Assembly: GCA_040285745.1 (NCBI GenBank)
Contig: JAUFOR010000005.1
Location: 124,001-188,000 of the forward strand
Source: Barthelona sp. PCE
Lineage: Eukaryota
DNA: 64,000 bases
Direction: 5' to 3'
In this document: positions 22,701 to 31,752 of the stretch, in pieces
Layout of the letters: every line of letters begins with the position of its first letter
Position numbering within the stretch: the first letter of the stretch is position 1
Translations under genes and position numbers: made by a program
The notes under the pieces: generated by a model
Told to the model about the DNA's origin: nothing
Databases searched by the model: none
What the model saw: only the letters and a program-made list of their open reading frames with translations

Positions 22701-23216
22701 GATACAATCATTAACCCAAAGCCGGTTAACCATAAGTCTTGGTCTTATAGAGCAGACATTGAATTACACAGCAAAGCTGAGCGCGAATTTTTGTTTACTG
22801 TGCTAAAGGAAGTAAGACGCCGTGACAGGCATAAGGTACAGACGCCATTAACAGGAAGACATCATCATATTAGTAGTTTAACTCAAAGTAGTAAGAATTT
22901 ACTTGAAAAGATTGATTTAAGATCTTATGAAGGAGAAAATAGCAAAGCAACGTATGGAAATGTTAGTCTTGCACTGCAATCACCATGGAGGAAGCGTAAA
23001 CATGAGAAAATAAGCTTTAAAAAGGATGAATATAGTAACTTAGAAAAGAAAATTTTTGATGAAGAATTTACTGAAGAGATGCAAGGTAATGATCGATTAT
23101 TTGATAGTAGAAAGGAGAGTCAGTTGAATTTGCTAATTGAAAACGATCATATCAAATTGAACCGGAAGCTGAAGCATTCAGCAAATGATTTGTACAATAT
23201 TCTTAGTCAAATGTAA
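19755..23216 (+). CDS. EF-hand plus WD40-repeat protein (WDR49/WDR64-like)
   Basis: EF-hand LFQEIDVNGDGSLEWSEF; WD repeats (GHTGPLND...IVWD, AHTRSVVTL...ILVWN). First ATG at 19755. Confidence 0.8.
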   Translation: MLTSNSLALIETDFGFDKTSAEILEQEAVLYENLCQLDNNNNDIVEDVKTRGMNTKFKKGAEAEFTREIMMELDAGYMASLQRAFGENSVDIVEFIRIMKKHLAKNEESLMLEINLARLFQEIDVNGDGSLEWSEFTEYISETATTTFDDQSFDTLQTICAVDLLPDNNGASHQCERILHCPAPLDKVLTAEGKMLCVYSTTKLEKLKEIAGHTGPLNDILYIPKDNIIVTVGMDGVAIVWDGATLNYKRYILLPAVALVLAHDEPNNLILCGGIDGRVYGIDIKSLALVVAYCLHPSHAVPSVPTRLLRNDSDNPPQVGVQGKVEAMPELSFEEKPEKGWKGTLMSASKYRQMRSTASVAANNSGYEVENFLVENEEKKKKSEKNSKQVRKQFNQMKSDYKKVEVNTRSKIINNERPNIFVTSIQNLPSLGLFATGMSDGSIHLWDPFNGPKKVLKAHTRSVVTLSWSDDIHMLISGGLDHRILVWNTVVDVPAFHLDNNSDSLVGITSLRGGRLVTVDISGSVSIFDMHSLTVVQSCTVLFSHLPVIDMSLDKESFLLYACSTDRLEIIGRDVDVDLKLTGPSSIADFCYLEPHLSFATLANNRLALWDVHTGNQIKFMDVENQMTAVCTDDRDRKLIIADVMGNVNVYNSSTLNFMKFLTPLNCEVVSLAYAKKSRRIITGALDGIVRCYDEEQLEGPIDPLFTTSAHPAEITQVAVSESVICSADADGNIGCWDPETGTILSGIFPTCSVPGHVSAITFLKGSTAFAVADVYGHICIFTSKETTRPFKLVTKLTVRPEKLEKVEFKRAKVEADRKKLRTVSKREERKKRDPTLFIVTGLCYDSSDQELYVCDESGAVTVFDLSSILACSEFSRLKSVQTTGFRRLSVFETDTITNQNSEASSNAPAFLTETQFASSLTEELEPIRRFTVDVNESVGIVKALLLSNPVCLILSLNDKRVVFVDPKCEDEEMNSLGVLEQDTIINPKPVNHKSWSYRADIELHSKAEREFLFTVLKEVRRRDRHKVQTPLTGRHHHISSLTQSSKNLLEKIDLRSYEGENSKATYGNVSLALQSPWRKRKHEKISFKKDEYSNLEKKIFDEEFTEEMQGNDRLFDSRKESQLNLLIENDHIKLNRKLKHSANDLYNILSQM

Positions 23217-23234
23217 TTTTTTAATAAATCATGA

Positions 23235-23666
23235 TCATTTTACCTCTTCCTTCGAACGTAAATCTACAATAGCAGCTTCAATAGCTTCTTCTGCTAATAT
23301 TGAACAATGATGCTTTAATGGTGGCATTTTTAGCTCAAAACTTAACTCCATGTTCGATAAGTACTTGGCCTGGGCGAGTGAACGCCCAATGAGCATCTCA
23401 GCTGCGAGGTCAGCAGCAGCTAGAGCAGAGCCACATCCAAAAGCTTTAAATTTTGCATCTACGATTATGTTTTCTGGGTCATATCCGTCTGTTTTGATCT
23501 GTAGGCGCATGACATCCCCACATGCTGGAGAACCAACCATACCAGTACCGACCAAACAGTTTTCCTTATCTAATTCTCCTACATGTGTTAAATTTGCTAA
23601 TCTGTTCCTTAAAATCTCAGAATAACACCTTATAACAGTGCTCTTCAAACTCATAAACAATTTCAT
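23235..23666 (-). CDS. iscU: Iron-sulfur cluster scaffold IscU/Isu1 with short N-terminal extension
   Basis: VGTGMVGSPACGDVMRLQIK, KFKAFGCGSA, MPPLKHHCSILAEEAI; three ligand Cys and the Asp are present. Confidence 0.93.
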   Translation of the reverse strand: MKLFMSLKSTVIRCYSEILRNRLANLTHVGELDKENCLVGTGMVGSPACGDVMRLQIKTDGYDPENIIVDAKFKAFGCGSALAAADLAAEMLIGRSLAQAKYLSNMELSFELKMPPLKHHCSILAEEAIEAAIVDLRSKEEVK

Positions 23667-23784
23667 TGCTGTAATAAATGGAAAATTTGCTTAACAACTT
23701 TAGTTCATTCGTTTACTTAGATAAATGAATATTTTGCGGTGAAGCATCTTCATCAGGCTTTACTGCTGTTTAATAAGAATGGAC

Positions 23785-24134
23785 TTAAGCCTTGTTCTTC
23801 TTCATGTTACGGAGAACGTCTTGCATCTCAACACGCTTGGCGACGGCACGGCGGTGGGTACCGAGACGCTTCTTGGCGTAACGGAGAGCATGACGATCCT
23901 TGTTGAGTCTGAGAAGTTCCATGACACGCAATTCGTAAGGTGAGAAACCAACAACTTCGCGGATAAGAGATCTAACGAACTTGGCCTTTTGAGAAGCGGA
24001 CTAAATGTGAGAAAGTAAACTAAGAAGTACACAACAAAACATACACCCTTCTTGCGGCTAGGCTTGGGCTTTTGGACCATAGGCTCAGCGACGTGGCCCT
24101 TATTCATACCGACAGAAATACCAGATCTAGTCAT
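23785..24134 (-). CDS. RPL36: 60S ribosomal protein L36 (eL36), 101 aa; two exons, complement(join(23785..24000,24045..24134))
   Basis: Spliced: MTRSGISVGMNKGH...PSRKKG|SASQKAKFVRSLIREVVGFSPYELRVMELLRLNKDRHALRYAKKRLGTHRRAVAKRVEMQDVLRNMKKNKA*. Confidence 0.96.
24001..24044 (-). other. Spliceosomal intron, 44 nt
   Basis: Minus strand GTATGTtttg...ttTCTCACatttAG; removal restores the canonical RPL36 frame. Confidence 0.95.
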
Positions 24135-24295
24135 TGCTTAAAAAAAAGGTGATGAATGATAAAGAAGAGCATAAAGACGGTTTACAGATATTTACTTGAT
24201 GGGGGGTGCTTTGCGTGTTATTATACACCTGAACAAGATGAGGAAACAAAAAAACAGGATGTGCATAACGTTATAAAATTGTTTACTCTTTTCAA

Positions 24296-26203
24296 ATGGA
24301 TACTGATACTCCAAATACCTCAACCACGGAGGTAGTCGAGTCTGAAGAGCCAAAGAGGCAGATCCGCTTGTATGACGCAGCAGAAAAAGAGTCTAAACGT
24401 CAAATTGAAGAACGAGATATGCTTGAAAAGGAACGCGTTGAACGGGAGCACCGCCTCAAGGAGAACGTGGAGCAGTCCACACTTGCACGTTCCACGCTAG
24501 CACTGCAATGGTCAAATATTGTTGATATTGATGATTGTGATGAGCTTAAGAAAGCTCTTGAGCAGCAGAAGGAAGCGTGTTCGAACATCATAGACCGAAA
24601 GAACGATCTCATCAAGGATTTTGAAAACCTTATTGCACGTAAAGACCAAGAATATGTAACCTTATTGAAACGTCAAAAAGAAGAAATTGAACAACTCAGA
24701 CATGACCTACACCAGGACTTCAAGCACACACTGGACGAGAATCGCCTTAAGTTGGAAGATCTCGATCTTGAACTGGATACCAAATTTAAAACAACAATTA
24801 AAACAAATTCAAAAGAGTTAGAAGCAGTCTTAGAGCACCGTAGATCGGTGGAGGAGAACTTTGTTAACACTAAACTTCGTCAATTAGAAGAGGATGAAGA
24901 TTTGTTGAATACATTAAAACAACAGCAGGCTGAGGAGACTCATGAGTTAAAGATGCGTTATTGGAGAGATATTCAAGAACAAGATCTAGAAATTGGTAAA
25001 ATGAGAACAGTATATCAGCTTAACAGCGAGAAATTAGAGTTTAATCATGCAGTACTTATGTCACAAACAGCTGAAAATGATAGTTTAATTTTACATCAAA
25101 AACGAAAGATTTCAAGGCTGAGAGACCATCTACATTCGTTACAGAACCAAGTAGAGGAGAAAACTCAAGATTTTCAAAGCAGATTATCCAAGATTACCAG
25201 TAATTATGAGAAATCTACATTGGATTTTAATCAATCGCAAAAGAAGTTCCTCTTCTTCTTGAAGACCAATGATGAGAAGTTTACTAAACTTTGGAATTAT
25301 AATGAAAAAAAATTATTTAAAAAAATTCAAAAAACACTTGTTATTGATCGTCTTATTCATGAACAACAACTCAATCTTAAATGGGATGCTCCCGATGAAT
25401 CAGTTTTCAAGAACAGACCAAGTAACCTAGAGCCAAAGAAAGTCTTTGATGAGAATAACCCTGAAGATGTTGATATTAGTGATCAACCAAATTTTTGGGA
25501 ACAAGTTTATGTATTTGATTTTGAAGCAGTTAATGTTCTTGAGCTGTTATGGATTGAGGGTAGATATCTTTTATGTTCAGATGCTCTTGAACAAGTTTTG
25601 GCTATTGATGATGCTGCAAAACAGGCTGTTGAGAAGAAGAAACTCTTCAAACATGAAATGGCCCAATTGTTGAATGTCCTCTCTGTGAAGACACTAAATG
25701 ATCTTAAAGCACTTGTTTCAGCCTTAAAGGTCAAGAGAGCCAAACCTAAAGCTAATCATTCTGTTTTGGATAAAGGATTAGGTCCAGAAGAATTTGAATA
25801 TGTTTTAGCAAGTAGAAATGAGATCTTGGGTCTTTTAAAACGTTTCTTAGAACGTCAAAATGAGAAAAATAGAGAAACAAAGGTTAAAAAGTTGGATCGA
25901 CTATTACAGAATACTTTGCAGTCTAAAGCTAGTATGTATCAAAAAGAAGAATTACAAGAGGAAGCTAGGATATGGGACAGTCACAGTAGCATTATTTCTG
26001 AATCTAAATTAGCGTTATGGCGTCTGTTAAAAAAAGCATTTGAGAATTATAATGAAGAACTTAAAGCACGTTCAGAATTATATAATAAGGTTGATACCTT
26101 AAAGAATGAGAATAATGAGCTGAAGTTATTAATCAATCAATATCTAGCTAGTGATATAGCAGAAGATTTATTAGTACCACCTACAGTCGGTCATAATATG
26201 TAA
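24296..26203 (+). CDS. DRC1: Dynein regulatory complex subunit 1 (CCDC164)
   Basis: Long coiled coil; YQLNSEKLEFNHAVL, DRLIHEQQLNLKW, C-terminal ENNELKLLINQYLASDIAEDLLVPPT. Confidence 0.88.
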   Translation: MDTDTPNTSTTEVVESEEPKRQIRLYDAAEKESKRQIEERDMLEKERVEREHRLKENVEQSTLARSTLALQWSNIVDIDDCDELKKALEQQKEACSNIIDRKNDLIKDFENLIARKDQEYVTLLKRQKEEIEQLRHDLHQDFKHTLDENRLKLEDLDLELDTKFKTTIKTNSKELEAVLEHRRSVEENFVNTKLRQLEEDEDLLNTLKQQQAEETHELKMRYWRDIQEQDLEIGKMRTVYQLNSEKLEFNHAVLMSQTAENDSLILHQKRKISRLRDHLHSLQNQVEEKTQDFQSRLSKITSNYEKSTLDFNQSQKKFLFFLKTNDEKFTKLWNYNEKKLFKKIQKTLVIDRLIHEQQLNLKWDAPDESVFKNRPSNLEPKKVFDENNPEDVDISDQPNFWEQVYVFDFEAVNVLELLWIEGRYLLCSDALEQVLAIDDAAKQAVEKKKLFKHEMAQLLNVLSVKTLNDLKALVSALKVKRAKPKANHSVLDKGLGPEEFEYVLASRNEILGLLKRFLERQNEKNRETKVKKLDRLLQNTLQSKASMYQKEELQEEARIWDSHSSIISESKLALWRLLKKAFENYNEELKARSELYNKVDTLKNENNELKLLINQYLASDIAEDLLVPPTVGHNM

Positions 26204-26247
26204 AAATCACTTTATTACTATCTCTATTATTGTACAATTGATATTAT

Positions 26248-26880
26248 TTAGTGTAAAGCAAAAGGCGTTTCCTCTTTATGCAAACATTCTCTTGAAATTT
26301 GACCATATGTTTTACCAAAGTGGTGTTGAGATTTGGGCAGGAATCCTGTGTACCCAGGTGCGAGGGTGGCCACGTTCTCAGGTACTGGGTGTGTAGTTTC
26401 ATAGTCCGTAGCTGTCTTATCGTCAACTTCCAAAGTTCTAACTTGTTCAGTCTTATCCAGTTGGTTACGGACAGTGGCTGCAAAAGTGCCGCCGAATTGC
26501 TCGTTTTGGACACCAGGGATATAACCAGTATAACCAGGAACCTCATATTTGCTTAATTTGGGAATATCGCTGCGTGGCTTCCTTACAACTACTTTAGGTT
26601 TCTTATCCTCTTTAGGCTTCTCGACCACATGTGCTTCGATAACAAGCTTCTTGTAACTGCTGCCAAAAGAATCTTGAACTCCAGGCAAATGTCCAGTATA
26701 TCCGACAATTGTTCTGTTGCCCTCAATGATGCCTTGGGGCTCGTCAGCTGGAGCAGAAACAGCGTTCATCTCAGGTGTGTGGAGTTTCTGTGTAGCGGTT
26801 CCAAATGTACTACCAAGGCTGGCTTCCCTCATCTTAGGGATGAAGCCAGTGTAGCCTACGATGGGTTCGGTCGGTTCCAT
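26248..26880 (-). CDS. FAM166/CIMIP2-like ciliary microtubule inner protein
   Basis: Four GYTG(F/H/Y)xP...G.T/S(F/Y) repeats. Confidence 0.8.
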   Translation of the reverse strand: MEPTEPIVGYTGFIPKMREASLGSTFGTATQKLHTPEMNAVSAPADEPQGIIEGNRTIVGYTGHLPGVQDSFGSSYKKLVIEAHVVEKPKEDKKPKVVVRKPRSDIPKLSKYEVPGYTGYIPGVQNEQFGGTFAATVRNQLDKTEQVRTLEVDDKTATDYETTHPVPENVATLAPGYTGFLPKSQHHFGKTYGQISRECLHKEETPFALH

Positions 26881-27052
26881 GATGATGCAAATAATAGAAC
26901 GGAGCTTGAAAGGAGCTAAAAATTCAAATGCATTTTAACCTCCTTCCATTGCTTTTTACTTCCAGTGAATCGAGTTTCACACCAATAAACCCAACAGAAA
27001 CTATCAAAAAAGGCTTTAACACAATTTAATTACGAGATTAATAAATTTACTA

Positions 27053-28087
27053 TTAGCAGGATTGAATACCATCAACAGCGCTCATAAAAGCCTTGTGGAG
27101 CTTAGCGAAGTCAATGCACATGGCACCACCAGGACGTTTAGCCTGAGAACTCATACGATTAATACCACCAATACAAGAAACAGTACCAGATTTTGTAATA
27201 CCCCATTTAGAATGATCCTTGGTATATTTCCAAGCAACCTCTTCAGTATATTTCACAAATTCGATATTCTCAGCAGAATATTTATGAGAAGGCTTACAAG
27301 CAGAAGGTAAAGCAGGACGCATCCAAGTTTCTGATAAAACATCTGAATGGAATGTAGGAGCCATTAAATCAACATATAATTCACTTGCCCATTTTCTGTT
27401 CTTTGCAAGATGAATTAGTTTTTGTCCTCCAGCTGTAACTAAAGGTTCAACGTTAGACATAGCGATTTCATCTAAAGAGACGTCATTGAACACAGCATGT
27501 AACTCAGGAGCAAGGGAGCTCAACCAAGCTGGGGTATGACGATCGAAAATACCAGGTTTCATGAGTTGAAGTTGGTGACCAATTTTGTTGAACTGATCAA
27601 TGTTGAATGATGAGCACATAAATGATTGGCCGTAGATGGCAGCCATCTCTGGGTATTCATACTCCTGGCTGAGAGGGAAAGGATAACGTGGTACTGAATG
27701 AATAAGCCAAAAACCTCCGCTATTTCCAAGTCCAACAACACCCTTTGCATGACCAAAGATGCTGGAGATCTTTCCAGTGGGGGGATGGTCGTTGTACATG
27801 ATGTGGGCGTACTTGTAAGGGTTTGCGTAAAGAGGTTTGAGAGTTTGAGCTGCACCATCAGTGTTTTGACGGAGGTTCTTCGAATCATCAGGGATCCATT
27901 TGGGCTCGCTTCTGGCATCAAAGTACATGTAACCGTAACCCTTTTTGTACATAGGGTTGGGGTGGTTCTTCAATTTGGGGATCTTGAGCATGGCAAACCA
28001 GTCGACGGGCTTGCCTGAAGGATCAATGCATGATAAGCGATCAGCATATGCAGCAACAAGCAGTAAACAAAGCAAAATAATCTTCAT
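27053..28087 (-). CDS. Deoxyribonuclease II (lysosomal/secreted)
   Basis: Signal peptide; VDWFAMLKIP, YNDHPP, GHAKG, GFWLIHSVPRYP, YGQSFMC, DHSKW, CIGGINR...Q.KRPGGAMC. Confidence 0.93.
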   Translation of the reverse strand: MKIILLCLLLVAAYADRLSCIDPSGKPVDWFAMLKIPKLKNHPNPMYKKGYGYMYFDARSEPKWIPDDSKNLRQNTDGAAQTLKPLYANPYKYAHIMYNDHPPTGKISSIFGHAKGVVGLGNSGGFWLIHSVPRYPFPLSQEYEYPEMAAIYGQSFMCSSFNIDQFNKIGHQLQLMKPGIFDRHTPAWLSSLAPELHAVFNDVSLDEIAMSNVEPLVTAGGQKLIHLAKNRKWASELYVDLMAPTFHSDVLSETWMRPALPSACKPSHKYSAENIEFVKYTEEVAWKYTKDHSKWGITKSGTVSCIGGINRMSSQAKRPGGAMCIDFAKLHKAFMSAVDGIQSC

Positions 28088-28380
28088 AACGAAAAAGAAA
28101 GAAAGAAAAGTAACTTCAAGTCGTATAAAGCTTATGGTTCAAAATATCTGTTTAGAAACGTTTGTTTTTGTCATATAGTTATCGGACGGCATGTTTTTAT
28201 ACCAAAAATCGCTCGTTGTGAAGAAAGCATTTAACCTGCTGATGCTACTTGCAATGAATCACACTCCTATCTTTTATGTGAATGTTAATGTGACAGATGC
28301 ATCAATTCAACCACATAAAAATAGTTTAAACATAACAATGGTGAGTAATTCATGACGAAATTTTACAAAATTGTTTCCTA

Positions 28381-29070
28381 TTAACGAGGAACAGCTACAT
28401 CAAGCGAATCTGTGAAATACAAATGGATAGCTGGATAACTCATCTCTTCAGGAATATTTAATTCACTATAATTATCAGCTTCATCCTCAATACCATTTTC
28501 CTTTAAAGAAATATCCATATTTAATCTTTTACCCTTATACTTCCACACATAAGCATGGCCTTCATTATTATATTTCTTATATCTTTCAAGAATCATTGAC
28601 AAAGTTTCTTCATTGGGAACAGTAACTAAGTGACGATGTGTAGTAAGGGTATTCACAATAAAGACCTTGCGAGGAGAAGTGGACAGATATCCTAGTACAT
28701 ATCTTTGATCTTTCCACCATGGGACTTCAAAATCTGGTACCCATCTAGCATCAGGTAAACGAGGTGGACAATGGAAAAAGCGACCTTGGGGTGTGTAAGG
28801 GACCTCCATTTCTGTCATCTGGTCAATACATGTACGTACATTACCGTCTGAATTGAACCAATGTGTGATATCACTTCCTGCAGCGTCCAAAATAGGTTGT
28901 GCTTCCATTGTGTTCGTGGCTTCGGTGACCAGAGGTGTCATGTCGAAGACAAGACCGAAAAGGGAGATCCAGCAATCGTTTGAAGTACAATGTGCTTTAA
29001 CTTCTTCTTCTAAGAAGAATTTATAAGGAATATCTGTCTCCACAAAGTGAGAGGGGATTTTTAAGCTCAT
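28381..29070 (-). CDS. CYB5D1: Cytochrome b5 domain-containing protein 1 (flagellar)
   Basis: EEVKAHCTSNDCWISLFG, AGSDITHWF, PQGRFFHCPP, PWWKD, YVWK, PAIHLYFTDSL. Confidence 0.9.
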   Translation of the reverse strand: MSLKIPSHFVETDIPYKFFLEEEVKAHCTSNDCWISLFGLVFDMTPLVTEATNTMEAQPILDAAGSDITHWFNSDGNVRTCIDQMTEMEVPYTPQGRFFHCPPRLPDARWVPDFEVPWWKDQRYVLGYLSTSPRKVFIVNTLTTHRHLVTVPNEETLSMILERYKKYNNEGHAYVWKYKGKRLNMDISLKENGIEDEADNYSELNIPEEMSYPAIHLYFTDSLDVAVPR

Positions 29071-29165
29071 TCAAAAAGAAAGATTCGTTGTGAAAGGGTA
29101 TATAAACACAAAAACTTGTTATTCTATAGATAACCTTACACACATATTTTTTGCACATAAAACAC

Positions 29166-29897
29166 ATGATCTCACCATCAAACAAGACAAAAAGAAGGAA
29201 AGATTGGGATTCAACCACGAGTAATTTTGAGGGATATTCTCCCGCTGAGTATAAACGTATTCGTGAAGAACGACTCTTCAAAAATGACGAAGCAATGCAG
29301 ACCTTCAAGAAACGTCGTAAAAGAATAAGACCAGTTAATTCTCCATCAGTTCAGGAGATAATAGATAACTTTAAGTTTCCTGAAGAGATTTCTAAAGTAT
29401 CTGTTGAACAAATTTCACCTTCAAAGAAGCAGATACCGTTCAAAACTATTGAACCAGTTAAGGCAGAAGTACCAAAATTAATGATTGAGGAAACTACTCC
29501 TACACCAACATCAGCAGTTTATGTAGATAATAACCGTTCAAAAAAAGTTGACAATACACTTCAGATGAAAGATTTAATGAATTTAATGCAAAGAATGGAA
29601 CAAAGGTTAGAATCATTAGAAATTATGAACAGTGGTTTATTTAAAATGGTTGAACAACAAGATACTTTATTAAAGTTAATATTAGATAATTTAATTTCAT
29701 CTAAAATTACACAACCAGTAGTTACTCAAGTACCAACTACACCCCAAAAAGTAATTAAAAATGAAAGAAAAGAAGATCGACATCCTGTAAGCAAAGTTTT
29801 AAAAAGTGAGAAGACTAAAAAAACAAAGATAATAATTAATACACCACAGATACCGAAAATGGATGCTTTAAATACTGCTAAACGTTATGGAACATAA
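29166..29897 (+). CDS. Hypothetical protein with short coiled coil
   Basis: ORF of about 243 aa from first ATG 29166; no motif recognised. Confidence 0.6.
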   Translation: MISPSNKTKRRKDWDSTTSNFEGYSPAEYKRIREERLFKNDEAMQTFKKRRKRIRPVNSPSVQEIIDNFKFPEEISKVSVEQISPSKKQIPFKTIEPVKAEVPKLMIEETTPTPTSAVYVDNNRSKKVDNTLQMKDLMNLMQRMEQRLESLEIMNSGLFKMVEQQDTLLKLILDNLISSKITQPVVTQVPTTPQKVIKNERKEDRHPVSKVLKSEKTKKTKIIINTPQIPKMDALNTAKRYGT

Positions 29898-29909
29898 TAA
29901 ATTAAATAA

Positions 29910-31454
29910 TTAGGTAAACATTTTTAATTTCTGTGAAACTTGTTTAGCTGATGGTCTTAGTTCTGGTCTATCCTCCAATAGCGCCATAACCATCTCACTG
30001 ACATCTCCAAAAGAACCAAAATTTCTAATTTCATCTGGAAAAACACCTTTCTTAATATTTTTAATTGTAACATGTAGATCCATCCTAGTAACACATCTAC
30101 AAATACATTCAACAAACATAACACCAGTCGAATATACGTCTGCTTTGCTTGTGTATTCACCATCCATAACTTCAGGAGCTAAATAACTTAGTGTACCAAT
30201 ACCACTTGTAAGTTCATCATTAAGAAAATTTTGCAAATTAGTAGGCGTTTTAGGTGGAGGACAACCCCCTTCAACGCTGAAGGGTCTACTTAAACCAAAG
30301 TCAACGATACTAACATACATATTATCAGAAACCAACACGTTTGCAGGTTTAATATCTCGATGGATAACATTGCAATTATGAATATACTCTAAAGCATTAA
30401 AAATTTGTGTAAAAATAGTAACAATTTCAATGCATCTTAATTTTCTTTTATGTAATAAAGTCGATAAATTTTGATCACCATTAAAAGACATTTGTAAATA
30501 AAAACAATAGAAAATCTCTTTTTCTTTTTGAATTAATGTTGTGTTATTCAATTCTTCATAACTATAATCATTAACTACGGTTGGTTCTGGATTACTAATC
30601 TCTGTATCAGTATAACTATCATATTCTGTATCTTCCTCATCACTATAAACAAAGGTAGGACACTTACTGTCTTCTATAAACATGACTGGGGTATTAGCTG
30701 ATTGTGATTGTGCATTGACAGATTTTGATTGCGTTTTAATTGACTGCGATTCAACAACATCAGTAGATAATTCAATACTACTTACAGTATTATCAGTATG
30801 CTCATCAAAGATTGGATTAGGCGTTTCTACTGTTAAATTGTTAGATAATTCAATCCAACTGCCAAAATAACGCACCACATTAGGATGATTTAGAGATGAT
30901 AGAGTTCTGATCTCACGTAAAATCATTTTAACATGTGTGCTATCATGTATCTTTTGTTTGAAAGGAATACGTTTAACTGCATATATACAACCATCTATAC
31001 GATTACGTACTTGGAAGACTGATCCGAAAGCTCCTTTTCCAAGTGTATTCATAACAATAAAATCCCTTTGGAACCTTCCTGTACTTAGTAAGTTCTCGAA
31101 AGGACTTACAGTAACATTCTCTCCTTCAAATTTCATGAATCTGCGAAATTCTGGTCGTAATATTGCAATTTCCTCCATATTTACCTCACTGAGCACATCC
31201 AGTAGATCGAGACGCCTGAGCCATGTGATGAGCTGTTGTTCACTAAATGCAGGATTGACTTTTTCAGACAAATAGTCAAGTAAACATAACAAAGCGCATA
31301 CAAGACGCTTCTGCCTGGTTGCCCCTGTGCCAGCAAGTGCAAAGTCACGCATTTGACTAAATAACACAAGCTGATGAGCCTCGTGTGAGCCTTGCCCAAC
31401 GAGTTCTGCCAGATCGTCCCCTGTGAATTCCGAGGCGCCTTCGCCTGTTTGCAT
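29910..31454 (-). CDS. eIF2-alpha kinase family protein (HRI-like)
   Basis: RFQRDF...LGKGAFGSVFQVRNRIDGCIYAVKRI, HPNVVRYFGSWIE, long acidic insert, YLQMS, IHRDIKPAN, DFGL, TSGIGTLSYLAPE. Confidence 0.88.
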   Translation of the reverse strand: MQTGEGASEFTGDDLAELVGQGSHEAHQLVLFSQMRDFALAGTGATRQKRLVCALLCLLDYLSEKVNPAFSEQQLITWLRRLDLLDVLSEVNMEEIAILRPEFRRFMKFEGENVTVSPFENLLSTGRFQRDFIVMNTLGKGAFGSVFQVRNRIDGCIYAVKRIPFKQKIHDSTHVKMILREIRTLSSLNHPNVVRYFGSWIELSNNLTVETPNPIFDEHTDNTVSSIELSTDVVESQSIKTQSKSVNAQSQSANTPVMFIEDSKCPTFVYSDEEDTEYDSYTDTEISNPEPTVVNDYSYEELNNTTLIQKEKEIFYCFYLQMSFNGDQNLSTLLHKRKLRCIEIVTIFTQIFNALEYIHNCNVIHRDIKPANVLVSDNMYVSIVDFGLSRPFSVEGGCPPPKTPTNLQNFLNDELTSGIGTLSYLAPEVMDGEYTSKADVYSTGVMFVECICRCVTRMDLHVTIKNIKKGVFPDEIRNFGSFGDVSEMVMALLEDRPELRPSAKQVSQKLKMFT

Positions 31455-31752
31455 CAACTAGTTGAAGAATGAACCAACAAATGGGTGTTAAACAGAAAAG
31501 CAAATAGAAAGTTGGAGCAATGGCATTCTCACCACCCACATGGAGTTTTTTGTCAGCGGGCACCATAATACTGTGCTATGTAACTATGTGCAATTGAGAA
31601 AATTGAGGCCCAAACATTGTTTTTAAAGTTTGATCTTTATGACCCTGCTCATGTGGTATCACATAGCAGTTGCACGAACTTAATCACAATACCATTGCTA
31701 AAGATAACATCTTTGCTGTTTACCAAAACATCTTCCTTTTCTCCATATTGTA

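Noticed and set aside
23802-24134. 110-aa ORF as listed in the track
   Set aside because: Reads through the intron out of frame; the spliced product is RPL36
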